Source: Armatimonadota bacterium | GTDB taxonomy: Bacteria; Armatimonadota; SYMT01 | Length of the DNA: 64,000 bases | Assembly (NCBI GenBank): GCA_041690135.1 | Contig: JAWLHY010000002.1 | Span: 848,342 to 912,341 of the forward strand | Direction of reading: 5' to 3' | In this document: positions 18,252-27,857 of the stretch, piece after piece | Numbering within the stretch: position 1 is the first letter of the stretch | Layout: every line of letters starts with the position of its first letter | Notes under the pieces: generated by a model | Told to the model about the DNA's origin: nothing | Seen by the model: only the letters and a program-made list of their open reading frames with translations | Databases searched by the model: none | Translations under genes and position numbers: made by a program

Positions 18252-18859
18252 GCTTGTTCACCCACCGCGCCGAATGGATTGCCGCCACTTTGGAGCAGGC
18301 GATGGCGGCAGAGGCCGTTGCCCTGCAGTTGTTGGCAACCCCCATTCAGGGCAGTCCCTATCATGAAGCCGTCGCCTACGACGCCGTCGTGGCCAAGTTT
18401 CAGCAGGCTGCGGAGTTGGCACTGAAGGCGGCGGTCCTGGCATTGTCGCCGGAGCGCTCGGACCTTTTGTTCTTCCCGCATCGCCTGTTGTCCGAGGCTG
18501 ACCTGCCCGAGACGCGCCAGTGGCGTGCTCTTGACGACAAGTTCCGTAAGCTGATGTTGACGGGACGTGTTCGTCTACGGCATGTCCTTGCGGAGCTTGA
18601 GGGCAATGCCCCCGCCGGTCGCAAAGCCGTTGAACGCGACGAGCGAGGAGTCATTACCGCGGTCGCACTCAACACGGAGTATCCCCACCAGAAACCGGGT
18701 GGAATCCCAGAGGTGCCGTGCAGGGCCTGGGCGCACCGCATTTCCAGCATTCTCCAGTATGCCAAAGCGGTTCACCTGCTGTTCCGGCTGCTGCGCACCC
18801 AGTCGGAGTTGGCGCCCTACCTGGCGACCTACCGTGGAGAACCTTTGAGGGGACTGTGA
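18248..18859 (+). CDS. HEPN-like protein
   Basis: TTGA overlap with the upstream stop; KFQQAAELALKA resembles the HEPN QQAxEKxLKA helix; NTEYP at the RYP position. Confidence 0.6.
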   Translation: MSLFTHRAEWIAATLEQAMAAEAVALQLLATPIQGSPYHEAVAYDAVVAKFQQAAELALKAAVLALSPERSDLLFFPHRLLSEADLPETRQWRALDDKFRKLMLTGRVRLRHVLAELEGNAPAGRKAVERDERGVITAVALNTEYPHQKPGGIPEVPCRAWAHRISSILQYAKAVHLLFRLLRTQSELAPYLATYRGEPLRGL

Positions 18860-20460
18860 CACCAGGAACTGCGAAGTGGGTTTCGGTCGCGGCCGCCGCC
18901 TTTTCGGCGGAGTTGCTCACGCTCGCCTCGCCGCCCATGGACCAGGGGTGGCTGGCCTGGTTCGCCCTCATCCCCTTCTTCACGGCGCTGCTGGCGGCGG
19001 TTTATCCCTCGGGTGCCGCCGGCCCGGAAGCTGCTCCACCCCGGACCCGGCGGGTCTGGTGGACGGGGTTCGTCTTCGGATTCACTTTTCTGATGCTCCT
19101 GGTGCCGTGGTTCGGCGCCTTTTCCCCCGTGGGGTACCCCATTGCCGGGATCGCCTGGGGGCTGGTGGCCGGCCTGATCGCGCTGCTGATAACGCGCCCT
19201 CTCGGTAGGCTGCCCATAAGCGCCGCCCCTGTGGTCCTGGCGGCCGGCTGGACCGTTTTCGAATGGGTGCGAGCGCAGGGCGCGCTGGCCTTTCCCTGGG
19301 GGACGCTGGCGGCCACCCAGCATAACTACCTGCCGGTGCTGCAGATTCTCGACCTCACCGGGGCGTACGGGCTCAGCTTCCTGATGGCGCTCACCTCCGC
19401 GGCTGCTTCCGCCCTTCTCCTGGCGGGGTGGCGCCGGGGAGAGGCGGCCCGCGCGGCGGCACTGCGACAGGGTGGGCTGCGTTGGGGGGGCCTGGCCCTG
19501 GGATTGCTGGCCCTGGCGACGGTACGAGGGCAGGTCCTTCTCTCCCAGCCGCCGCCGTCCGGCCCGCGGGTGCGGGTCGGGCTCGTGCAGGCAAGCCAGT
19601 CGATCCGCACTTCGGGGGCCGCCATTCAGTGCATCTCCCCGATGGAGGATTACGACGCCTGGACCCAGGAAGCGATCCGCCGGGGGGCGGAACTGGTCGT
19701 GTGGCCGGAGTCGGCGCGCCCCGCGGACGTGGTCTACAACTCCCTGGCTCGCGAAGGCGTCGAGCGGCTGGTGCGCGGCACGGGCGCGCACCTCCTCGCG
19801 GGCAGTTTCGTGATGGATCCGAAGACCGAGCTCGACACGAACGCCGCCGTGATGTTCTCGCCGGAAGGGGAGATCCGCGGCCAGTATGCCAAGGTCCTGA
19901 TCGTGCCGTTCGGCGAGTACCTGCCCGCGCGTCCCCTCTTCTTCTTTGCGGAGAAGGTGGGCTGGCCCGTGCCCCCCGAGGATTTGCACCCGGGCGGCGG
20001 CTGGCAGCCGGTGACCTGGACCGGGGGTAAGGTGGGGGTCTCCATCTGCTTCGAGTCCGCCTTTGGGTATGTGTCGCGGGCCTACGTGAACCGGGGCGCG
20101 AACCTGCTGGCGGTGATGACCAGCGACGGCTGGGCGGGGCGGACTGCCGCCGGACTCCAGCATGCGGCGTTCGCGCCGCTCCGCGCGGTGGAAACCCGGC
20201 GCGCCGTCGCCCGGGCCGCGGCGACGGGCGTCTCCCAGTTGATCGATCCCTACGGCCGCGTGCTCCAGTCCGTCCCGATGTTCGAGCGTGGTGTGGCCGT
20301 AGGCGAGCTCCCCCTGCGCACGGACCTCACCCTGTACGCCCGTTTGGGTGACTGGCCCGTCCTGCTGGCATGGGGCATCCTGCTCCTGCCGGGGCTGGCC
20401 GGCCTCCTATCTTCTCGGTTTGCTCGACCGAACGCTCTGAAAACCCCGAAAAGTGGGTAG
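18856..20460 (+). CDS. lnt: Apolipoprotein N-acyltransferase
   Basis: Multiple TM helices; EW..FPWG, VWPES, YAK..IVPFGEY, ICFES catalytic motifs; GTGA overlap start. Confidence 0.95.
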   Translation: MTPGTAKWVSVAAAAFSAELLTLASPPMDQGWLAWFALIPFFTALLAAVYPSGAAGPEAAPPRTRRVWWTGFVFGFTFLMLLVPWFGAFSPVGYPIAGIAWGLVAGLIALLITRPLGRLPISAAPVVLAAGWTVFEWVRAQGALAFPWGTLAATQHNYLPVLQILDLTGAYGLSFLMALTSAAASALLLAGWRRGEAARAAALRQGGLRWGGLALGLLALATVRGQVLLSQPPPSGPRVRVGLVQASQSIRTSGAAIQCISPMEDYDAWTQEAIRRGAELVVWPESARPADVVYNSLAREGVERLVRGTGAHLLAGSFVMDPKTELDTNAAVMFSPEGEIRGQYAKVLIVPFGEYLPARPLFFFAEKVGWPVPPEDLHPGGGWQPVTWTGGKVGVSICFESAFGYVSRAYVNRGANLLAVMTSDGWAGRTAAGLQHAAFAPLRAVETRRAVARAAATGVSQLIDPYGRVLQSVPMFERGVAVGELPLRTDLTLYARLGDWPVLLAWGILLLPGLAGLLSSRFARPNALKTPKSG

Positions 20461-20555
20461 GTCATGCAGAGACGATGCCCCGCGCGGAGCACGACCGCAG
20501 GCGCGTCTGATGACTCAACCATAAGGCCGCACGGGCCGGGGGCAAGAGAAGGGGA

Positions 20556-21209
20556 GTGGAGGCAGCCATGGATCTGAAGTTCGGCACGCAGGTGATGGCC
20601 GAGGATGGACGCGTGGGAACCGTCGAGCGGGTGATCCTTCACCCTGAAACGCGGGAAGTGGATGCCATCGTGGTCGTGAACCAGGAAATCCTGCCGGATG
20701 ACGTGGTGGTGCCTGTCGAACGGATCCGGTCCGCGGACGACCGGGGGGTGTGGGTCAGCGGCACGGTGGAAGACGTGCGGAGCCTCGATGGCTTCGCCTT
20801 CAGCCAGTACGTGGAGGCGCCGGAAGACTGGATCCCTCCGACTGATTCTCCGAGCTCCTTCTACCTGTTCCCGGCCTCGCCTTACCTGGTCGGCGCGTTG
20901 ACCCCGCCGCCCACCCACCCGTCGCCTCCGGCCCGCGAGGTGGAGGACATGCCGGAGGAAGGCGACCAGGAAGTGAGCGCCAGCACCGAGGTGCGCTGCG
21001 GTGATGCTGTGGCGGGGCGTCTCTCGCACGTCGTGACCCAGGGGGAAACCGACCACGTCACCCACCTGGTGGTGCGCACCAGCGGCCTCTCCGCTCGGGA
21101 AGTCGTGGTGCCGGTGGAGCACATCGTCTCCCTGGGAGACGAGGGCGTCGTCCTCGACCTTGAGGAAGAGGAGCTGGACCAGATGCCCCTCTTCTCACCG
21201 CGCTCCTGA
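20556..21209 (+). CDS. Tandem PRC-barrel domain protein
   Basis: Two repeats of V.xxDG.VG.V..V...T..V..LVV....VVVPVE. Confidence 0.8.
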   Translation: MEAAMDLKFGTQVMAEDGRVGTVERVILHPETREVDAIVVVNQEILPDDVVVPVERIRSADDRGVWVSGTVEDVRSLDGFAFSQYVEAPEDWIPPTDSPSSFYLFPASPYLVGALTPPPTHPSPPAREVEDMPEEGDQEVSASTEVRCGDAVAGRLSHVVTQGETDHVTHLVVRTSGLSAREVVVPVEHIVSLGDEGVVLDLEEEELDQMPLFSPRS

Positions 21210-21211
21210 GC

Positions 21212-22840
21212 TTATCTCCTCCGCCGTTTTCTGCTGAAACTGCGGGTGGAGGGCGAACGGCGGACCGTGCGTTTCGTCCGGGTGGATGTGCGCGCCCGGG
21301 TACTGCGAGTGGAGCGCCGGACGGGAGTGGCTTTGCGGACCTTCTTGCGAGGCGTGGAGCGGGATCGGGTCGATCGTTTGGGGGCGGGATTCCGGGAGGT
21401 CGTCTTCCGGGCTGTGGGGGCGGCGGGCGCGGGGGTGAGTTGCAGGAATACGGTCTGGAGGCTGGGCGGGAGCTGGATCTCCGTGCCCGCCCCATCGGAC
21501 CAGACGTGCTGCTCGGGCAGCGGAGTGTCGGTGCCGGGGTTCAGAAGCTGGACGCGGTACCGCCCGCGCGGGATGGAAGGCAGCTTGAAGGGTCCGGACT
21601 GTTCCGGCGCCGTCCAGCCGACGAGTACGGAACCGTAGCGACAGAAGGAGCCGGGAACATCCACCGGTACCACGTCCGCCAACGGTACCGGCTGCGCGTG
21701 GTAAGGTGTGTTCCGGGCGAACGCCGCCATGCGTGAGAGGCGGCTCAGGACCGCCTGGCCTTCCGGCGTGCCGGGAGCGTAGGGCTGGAGCGGAATCCCC
21801 AGCCCGCCCAGGACCAGCATCTGCCAAGACGCCTCTCCCGGCAGCCGCGGGAGATCCGGGTTCGGCGTCTGCGCGTCCATGAGCGCTTTCCGGAGGGACG
21901 GCCGCTGCCAGTTGGCTGGGATCAGGGGGAACTGCGCTCCCGCGGGTAGTTCGCCGCCGCTACCCCGGGCCGCGACCAGGTGGCCGTAAGCGTCCGACCG
22001 GCGGACCGCGTCCACGATGCGCGTCTGCAGTTCCGGCGACACCCCCTCTTCCGGTCCGGGCACTTCCCAGGCCGCCAGGACCGGAGAATAGCTCCAGCGC
22101 CGCACCCACTCCTGGGTCTGGGTCTCAAAGGCGGAGGCGGCCTCGGCGGAGTTTTCCGAGGGCGGATCGAGGCGGATCTGCACCAACGGTCGTCCGTTCA
22201 ACTCGGCATTGCGCAGTAGCGCGTCGAGCGACCGGGCAATGGCGAGCTTTTCCTGGGCTCCGGCGTCCGGCAAACAAGGGACGGAGACCGCCAGGTAGTT
22301 GATGCCCCGGGAGCGGAGGAGCGCCAGTTGCTCCTTCCAGTCCACATCGGTAACCGAATTCCCGGTCAGTCGCACTCCCAGGGGAAAGATCGCCGCCCCC
22401 GAAGTGTAGGCGAGCACGCGCTGGCTGCGGGGATGGAGACGGACGAAACCGGGGCGCGAGGAGGGCTGCACGCGGATCAGTGGGACCAGCCCGATATCCT
22501 TCTGGTTCTCCCGGTCGAGGATGACCGTTCCCGTGTACCGGCCTTCTCGGGTAGGCGTGAAGCGGCCGTACCATTCGCCCGGCCTTCCGGTAGGCTCGAG
22601 GGAGTAAGACTGCCGCTGGTCCCGGCCGTCCGCCATCGTCAGTTGCAGTGGGCCGGGCTTCACGTCCAGGCCGCTGAGGGGGTCCGTGACGGTGATGCCC
22701 ACCGATTCGAAACGGCCGGTGACCGAGCGGGAAACCTGCACCCGCAATTCCGCGGCGGCGGGCTCGGCGCCGGCCAACAGGAGGGCGCTCGCACCGAGGC
22801 GCGCGACGGCACAGAGGACGGGAATGGGAAGCTGTTTCAT
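21212..22840 (-). CDS. Exported protein, DUF5060/glycoside-hydrolase-like, with a very basic C-terminal tail
   Basis: Signal peptide; WYGRFTPTREGRY, PGFVRLHP, VRRWSYSPVLAAWE; R/K/S/T-rich tail. Confidence 0.6.
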   Translation of the reverse strand: MKQLPIPVLCAVARLGASALLLAGAEPAAAELRVQVSRSVTGRFESVGITVTDPLSGLDVKPGPLQLTMADGRDQRQSYSLEPTGRPGEWYGRFTPTREGRYTGTVILDRENQKDIGLVPLIRVQPSSRPGFVRLHPRSQRVLAYTSGAAIFPLGVRLTGNSVTDVDWKEQLALLRSRGINYLAVSVPCLPDAGAQEKLAIARSLDALLRNAELNGRPLVQIRLDPPSENSAEAASAFETQTQEWVRRWSYSPVLAAWEVPGPEEGVSPELQTRIVDAVRRSDAYGHLVAARGSGGELPAGAQFPLIPANWQRPSLRKALMDAQTPNPDLPRLPGEASWQMLVLGGLGIPLQPYAPGTPEGQAVLSRLSRMAAFARNTPYHAQPVPLADVVPVDVPGSFCRYGSVLVGWTAPEQSGPFKLPSIPRGRYRVQLLNPGTDTPLPEQHVWSDGAGTEIQLPPSLQTVFLQLTPAPAAPTARKTTSRNPAPKRSTRSRSTPRKKVRKATPVRRSTRSTRARTSTRTKRTVRRSPSTRSFSRKRRRR

Positions 22841-22852
22841 AGGCGCACTCGC

Positions 22853-24520
22853 TCAGGCGCGCGGCGCGAGCACCGTGTCGACCAGCCACTCCGCATCATT
22901 GCGCTCGGGATAGTCGACGTTGTAGTGCAGGCCGCGGCTCTCCTTCCGGTGGACCGCGCAGTCGATGATCAGGCGGCCCACCTGGGTGATGTTGCGCAGC
23001 TCGAGGAGTTCCACGGTAACGGCGCTGCTGTGGTAAAGCGTCTCAACCGCATGGAGGAGCAGGTCGAGCTCCCGGGCGGCCTGCTTCAGCCGGCGGTCGG
23101 AGCGCACAATCCCCACGTGCGACCACATGAGCGTGCGGACCAGCAGGCCGAGCTGGGCGGCGAACTCGGGGGAGACTTCCGTGGCCTTGCGGGTCGGGTC
23201 GTTGGCTTCCACCCAGGCCGCCGGATCGGCGGGCGGTCCGGCCGGGCCCTCCCGCTCCAGCAGATCGCGGGTATCCGCTGCGGCGTGATCGGCGAAGACC
23301 AGCGCCTCCAGCAGGGAGTTGCTGGCAAGGCGGTTCGCCCCGTGAACGCCCGTGCAGGCGACTTCTCCCACCGCGTAGAGACGGTGCAGGGAGGTGCGGG
23401 CTTCCAGGTCCGTCAGCACGCCCCCGCAGCTATAGTGGGCGGCGGGGACGATCGGGATCGGCTGCTGGGTGATGTCCAGCCCCAGTTCAAGACAGCTCTG
23501 GTGAATGTGCGGGAACCGGTTCCGGATGAAATCGGCCTCGAGGTGGGTGACGTCCAGCAGGACGTAGTCGTCACCGGTGCGCTTGAGCTCGCTGTCGATC
23601 GCCCGGGCTACGATGTCGCGGGGCGCCAGGGAGGCGAGGGGATGGTACTGGTCCATGAAGGGGGTTCCATCCCGCAGCTTCAGCACGCCGCCCTCGCCGC
23701 GCACGGCTTCGGAGATCAGGAAGGAGCGGCCTTCGGGGTGGTAGAGCGTGGTGGGGTGGAACTGGAAGAACTCCATATTCGCCACCCGCGCGCCCGCCCG
23801 GTAGGCGATGGCGACCCCGTCCCCCGTGGCGATAGCCGGGTTGGTGGTGTGCAGGTAGACGCGCCCCGCCCCTCCGGTCGCGAGCACGGTGGCGTCGGCG
23901 AGCACCGTCTTGACGTCGCCGTCCAGCGTATCGAGAACCGTGGCGCCCAGGACCGTCATCCGGCTCCCGGTCCCCTCCGGCCCCGGCCGCTCTTCCGTGA
24001 TCAGCTCGACCGCGGCATGGTGCTCGTAGACCCGGATGTTGCGGTGCCGCTGGACGGCCGCCACCAGGGTGCGTTCCACTTCCCGGCCGGTGAGGTCCTT
24101 GGCGTGGATGATGCGGTTGCGGGAGTGGCCTCCCTCTCGCCCCAGGCTGAGGCCCGGCGGCTGCGCGTCGGAGCCTGGGCGTTCGGCCTCCAGGGAAAAG
24201 TTCGCTCCCCACTCGATCAGCTCGCGGACACGGTCCGGGCCTTCGAGCACCATCTGCTCGACCGCGTCCCGGTGGCAGAGCCCGGCGCCCGCGATCTCCG
24301 TGTCCAGGATGTGGAGATCCGGCGAATCGTCCGCCGCCATCACGGCGGCGATGCCGCCCTGGGCGTAGTTGGTGTTCGACTCGGTGTGCTCTTTCTTGGT
24401 GACGAGCGTTACCGCGGCGAACTCGGCTGCCTTTAGCGCGTAGGTGAGTCCTGCGACCCCGCTGCCGATCACGAGGACCGTGCTCTGCATGATATCCCTG
24501 GTCGGTGAGGCTTCCGGCAT
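22853..24520 (-). CDS. nadB: L-aspartate oxidase
   Basis: VIGSGVAGL, YAQGGIAA, EGGHS, QFHPT, SEAVRGEG, GVHGANRLASNSL, ESRGLHY; start 24520 or 24490. Confidence 0.97.
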   Translation of the reverse strand: MPEASPTRDIMQSTVLVIGSGVAGLTYALKAAEFAAVTLVTKKEHTESNTNYAQGGIAAVMAADDSPDLHILDTEIAGAGLCHRDAVEQMVLEGPDRVRELIEWGANFSLEAERPGSDAQPPGLSLGREGGHSRNRIIHAKDLTGREVERTLVAAVQRHRNIRVYEHHAAVELITEERPGPEGTGSRMTVLGATVLDTLDGDVKTVLADATVLATGGAGRVYLHTTNPAIATGDGVAIAYRAGARVANMEFFQFHPTTLYHPEGRSFLISEAVRGEGGVLKLRDGTPFMDQYHPLASLAPRDIVARAIDSELKRTGDDYVLLDVTHLEADFIRNRFPHIHQSCLELGLDITQQPIPIVPAAHYSCGGVLTDLEARTSLHRLYAVGEVACTGVHGANRLASNSLLEALVFADHAAADTRDLLEREGPAGPPADPAAWVEANDPTRKATEVSPEFAAQLGLLVRTLMWSHVGIVRSDRRLKQAARELDLLLHAVETLYHSSAVTVELLELRNITQVGRLIIDCAVHRKESRGLHYNVDYPERNDAEWLVDTVLAPRA

Positions 24521-24610
24521 CTGGTTCCCGGCGGGGGAATCTGTGCCCAGATGCACGAAAAGCCCGGCGGGAGCCGGGCCGCGTTATTATCTCACCGGGC
24601 AGGGGGAGCG

Positions 24611-25291
24611 TCAACTTGCGCCCCGTCCCTCTGGGAGATGGAAGAGCAGGAAGAACTGGCTGGAGAGGAATTCAAAACGTCGGGTGAGTTCCCAACCGGC
24701 CGCTTCGGCTTCGGCCAACACGGTGGTCTCGGCAATCTCGTGACCGGCCGGTGCGGGAGGGTAACCGCCGCGCCGGGCGTCGAAGTCGATGAGGGCGAGC
24801 CTGGCTCCCGGTCGGGCGCTCGCCTGGAGACGCCGTAGCAGCGGTACTGGTTGCTCCACCTCGTGGTAGACGGTGAGCAGAATGAAGCAGTCGATTGCGT
24901 GAGTGGGGAGCCCCGGGTTTTCGGCCGAACCCAACACCACCCGTACATTGCCCAGTTCGCGCGCGTGCCGTTGGAGGTCCGGCAGGAACTCGGCCTGGAT
25001 CTCTTCCGCGTAGACTCTACCTGTGGGTCCCACCGCCTGGCTTAATTGCGGCAGCAGGTATCCCGAACCGGCGCCGATATCGGCCACGGTATCTCCCGGC
25101 TGTATCCCGAGCGAGCGAACGATCCGCTCCGGTTGCTGCCACCGGTCGCGTTCGGGGCCCTCCAGCAGCGCGTCGGCGAGGCTGGGGTCGAACAGGTGAG
25201 AGGGGGCCACGCGTGCCGCCGGCACCTTCGTTTCCGGGCTTCCGGACCACAGCAGCGCGGGCACGGCCAGCAGGAGCCAGTGAGGTCTCAT
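24611..25291 (-). CDS. Class I SAM-dependent methyltransferase (likely exported)
   Basis: RDRWQQP, VADIGAGSGY, VYHE motifs; signal-like N-terminus. Confidence 0.9.
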   Translation of the reverse strand: MRPHWLLLAVPALLWSGSPETKVPAARVAPSHLFDPSLADALLEGPERDRWQQPERIVRSLGIQPGDTVADIGAGSGYLLPQLSQAVGPTGRVYAEEIQAEFLPDLQRHARELGNVRVVLGSAENPGLPTHAIDCFILLTVYHEVEQPVPLLRRLQASARPGARLALIDFDARRGGYPPAPAGHEIAETTVLAEAEAAGWELTRRFEFLSSQFFLLFHLPEGRGAS

Positions 25292-25449
25292 AGCGCCTTT
25301 CCTACTTGCCGGTATTCCGGTGTTAAGATGTCGGTTTGAAGTCGGTGTATCACCACGGCCCCTCTGCGGCAGGAAATCGCAAGACGCGCGACCAATTCAC
25401 CTGTTGTCTTCCTCTTTCGACCCTCCCTATGATCATGGCAGTACAACTC

Positions 25450-26403
25450 ATGGGAAAGTTCCGGGTTCCACTTGTCCGCAACGCGGTTTTGGCGGGGTTG
25501 TTTTCCGCGCTGGTACTCCCCTTATTGGGGATGCCGGAGGCGTCGGCCTCCGCCGAGCCGAGCGCGCTACCTCCCGCCGCCACCGCCCCGGAACCTCCCC
25601 CGAGTTCTCCGCCGGATCCGGTCCCCACGCCTTCCGTCACGACCCCGGCCGCACCCGTGGACGGGCCCGAGCCCTCCGTCTTGCCGCCGGCTCCCGTGAA
25701 GCCACCCGCAAAGCCTCCGGTGAAGGCTCCCACCGACCGTCCAGGGGCATTGGCGATGCCGGAGTTGCCCGAGAAGCCCGGCGGTTACAGCGATTGGCGG
25801 TACATCGTGATCCACCACTCCGCCACGCCCAGCGGCAGCGCGGCCGGTTTTGACCGGATGCACCGCAGCAAGGGCTGGGACGGTGTGGCCTACCACTTCG
25901 TGATCACCAACGGCAAGGGCGGGCCGGACGGCGGCCTCCAGGTGAGCGACCGCTGGTGGCAGCAGAAGCACGGCGCCCATGCGGGCGGCCTGCCGGGGCA
26001 GGTGGACCCCGAGGCCCGGAACGACTACAACGAGTTCGGTATCGGGATCTGCCTGGTAGGGAACTTCGAAAAGAGCCCGCCGACCCGCAAGCAGATGCTG
26101 ACGCTGGCCCGCCTGGTCGGGCGGCTGCGCAACATGTTCGACCTGCCGCAGAGCGCGGTCTTCGGTCACCGGCACGTCAAGAGCACGGCCTGTCCGGGGC
26201 GCTACTTCTCCTGGAAGACACTCTGTGCGCTCATGAAGACGCCGCTCCCGCGCGACCTCCACCGGCGGACCGCGGCAGTTACCTACGAGCGCTGTCCCTG
26301 GTGTATCCAGTCCGGGGAGTCGGCTGCTCTCGGACGGTGGCAGCCAGGAAACGGCAACTCCGCCGATATTCCCCCCGCGATACGCCTCCGCACCCTCCAG
26401 TAG
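25450..26403 (+). CDS. N-acetylmuramoyl-L-alanine amidase (Amidase_2)
   Basis: WRYIVIHHSAT, AYHFVI, GAHAG, GIGICLVGNF, GHRHVKSTACPG; Pro-rich linker; start uncertain. Confidence 0.93.
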   Translation: MGKFRVPLVRNAVLAGLFSALVLPLLGMPEASASAEPSALPPAATAPEPPPSSPPDPVPTPSVTTPAAPVDGPEPSVLPPAPVKPPAKPPVKAPTDRPGALAMPELPEKPGGYSDWRYIVIHHSATPSGSAAGFDRMHRSKGWDGVAYHFVITNGKGGPDGGLQVSDRWWQQKHGAHAGGLPGQVDPEARNDYNEFGIGICLVGNFEKSPPTRKQMLTLARLVGRLRNMFDLPQSAVFGHRHVKSTACPGRYFSWKTLCALMKTPLPRDLHRRTAAVTYERCPWCIQSGESAALGRWQPGNGNSADIPPAIRLRTLQ

Positions 26404-26661
26404 CCAGGCTCGCTCGTCAATTCCTTCGCCCGCTGAGAGGGGGACCAGCCGGTCGCGGTGAGCCTTCCTTGAGGATCGGACGGTGTTTGCTTGTACTTGC
26501 CGCTTGTCTGCTATTCGGCAGAGCAGGTATCCCTAGGCCCGTACTCCAACCGACTGAGTGGAATAGGGGTTCACGCCGCGCGCTTGCCTGTTCGTGCACC
26601 GGGTTAGGCGGGTTCGCGGCGCAAACCAAAGAACGGCATTGAGCAAGAAAGGAACCAAATC

Positions 26662-27177
26662 ATGCGAAAGCAAGCCTGGCTGGCACTCGGACTGGCGCTG
26701 ATGACCGGCGCGATGGTTAACACCGCCGGCGCCCAGACGCGGCGCCCCACCGTTTTCACGGCTCGCCTCACCGGTGCGGCGGAGCGCCCGAATGCGGTGA
26801 ATACCCGCTCCTTTGGTACAGCGACCATCCGGGTGGATCGCCGTGGTCACAAGATGGACGTGGAAGTCACCGTCAACCGCATTGAGAACGTGACCCAGGC
26901 CCACATCCACCTGGGTGGGCCGGAAGAATCGGGCCCGCCCATCGTCCAGCTTTACGGTCCGGCGGAACTGGTCGGCCGGGAGAGTGGACGCCTGTTCTCG
27001 AAGACGGTGACGGCCGGCGACCTCCTCGATTTGCAGCAGGCCGGCAAGGGCGGCAGTCCCACGCTGGGGGACCTGATCGACGAGATGATTGCGGGCAACA
27101 CCTACATCAACGTCCACACGGCGGCTAACCCCGGCGGCGAAATTCGCGGCCAGATCCGGTCCCGCACCTTCCGCTAA
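26662..27177 (+). CDS. CHRD domain exported protein
   Basis: Signal peptide; AHIHLG...GP, YINVHT..NPGGEIRGQI. Confidence 0.92.
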   Translation: MRKQAWLALGLALMTGAMVNTAGAQTRRPTVFTARLTGAAERPNAVNTRSFGTATIRVDRRGHKMDVEVTVNRIENVTQAHIHLGGPEESGPPIVQLYGPAELVGRESGRLFSKTVTAGDLLDLQQAGKGGSPTLGDLIDEMIAGNTYINVHTAANPGGEIRGQIRSRTFR

Positions 27178-27220
27178 AGCGCAGCGGCAGATTCCCACGG
27201 ATCACCGCTATAGCGTTCCT

Positions 27221-27265
27221 AAACGCACGAGTGAGGCTCTACCAGGAGCCTCACTCGTGCGTTTT
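27221..27265 (+). terminator. Intrinsic terminator (19-bp perfect stem, possibly bidirectional)
   Basis: aaacgcacgagtgaggctc-taccag-gagcctcactcgtgcgttt followed by T, downstream of the CHRD gene. Confidence 0.85.
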
Positions 27266-27574
27266 GGTGCTGGCCAACCCGAATGGCAATAGCCAGCCCG
27301 AAGGGTCCGGGGAAATACCGGATCAGTGTTTGATCACTCGGCACAAGCCTGTTTCTCAATACAGGTCAGCGAATCTTGCCGAAGTGCCGGCGCCGGGTAC
27401 CCGCGTGCGGGTGTCGGCCTGCATCTGGGAAATGGTACCTGCCCACGTGCTTGCGCACACCCCTTTGCTCCGCCGGGTGTACGACCGCGACCTTACAGGT
27501 CCAGACGGCTACGAGTGTGCATTGCGGGTGCGGAGCCGACAGTGTGTGCCGGAGGCGCCGCCGCAGTGCAATCC

Positions 27575-27736
27575 GGGTGCGAAGGCAAGATACTGGTCGG
27601 GGACAGCGACCGCGACCCTACCGTCACCATCCCGACTACCAGGATGCATTACAGGTGCCAAGGCACAGTCCTGGTCGGGGACGGCGGCACCGACCCTACC
27701 GTCACCATCGCGGCTGCGGAGGTGGATTACGGGTGC
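27575..27736 (-). repeat. Two 78-bp tandem units, each carrying a GTAG-type REP-like palindrome
   Basis: Minus strand GTAG-GGTCG...CGACC at 27595-27621 and 27673-27699, 78-bp period. Confidence 0.65.
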
Positions 27737-27857
27737 GGGTGCAGGACTGTGGCCGTGAGGCCGCCACATTGGCGGGTGTCTCGCCCGCCCATCGCTGCTG
27801 TGTGCAGACCACGCACTGGCGGGCGAAACGCCCGCCCCACTCCTATTCCTCTCCGTG

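Noticed and set aside
22328-24436. 702-aa + strand ORF and similar long antisense ORFs (525..2189, 14545..16266, 56820..58199)
   Set aside because: Shadow frames opposite well-supported genes in high-GC DNA
27575-27736. CRISPR array
   Set aside because: Only two units, the intervening sequences are similar to each other, and no cas genes are present
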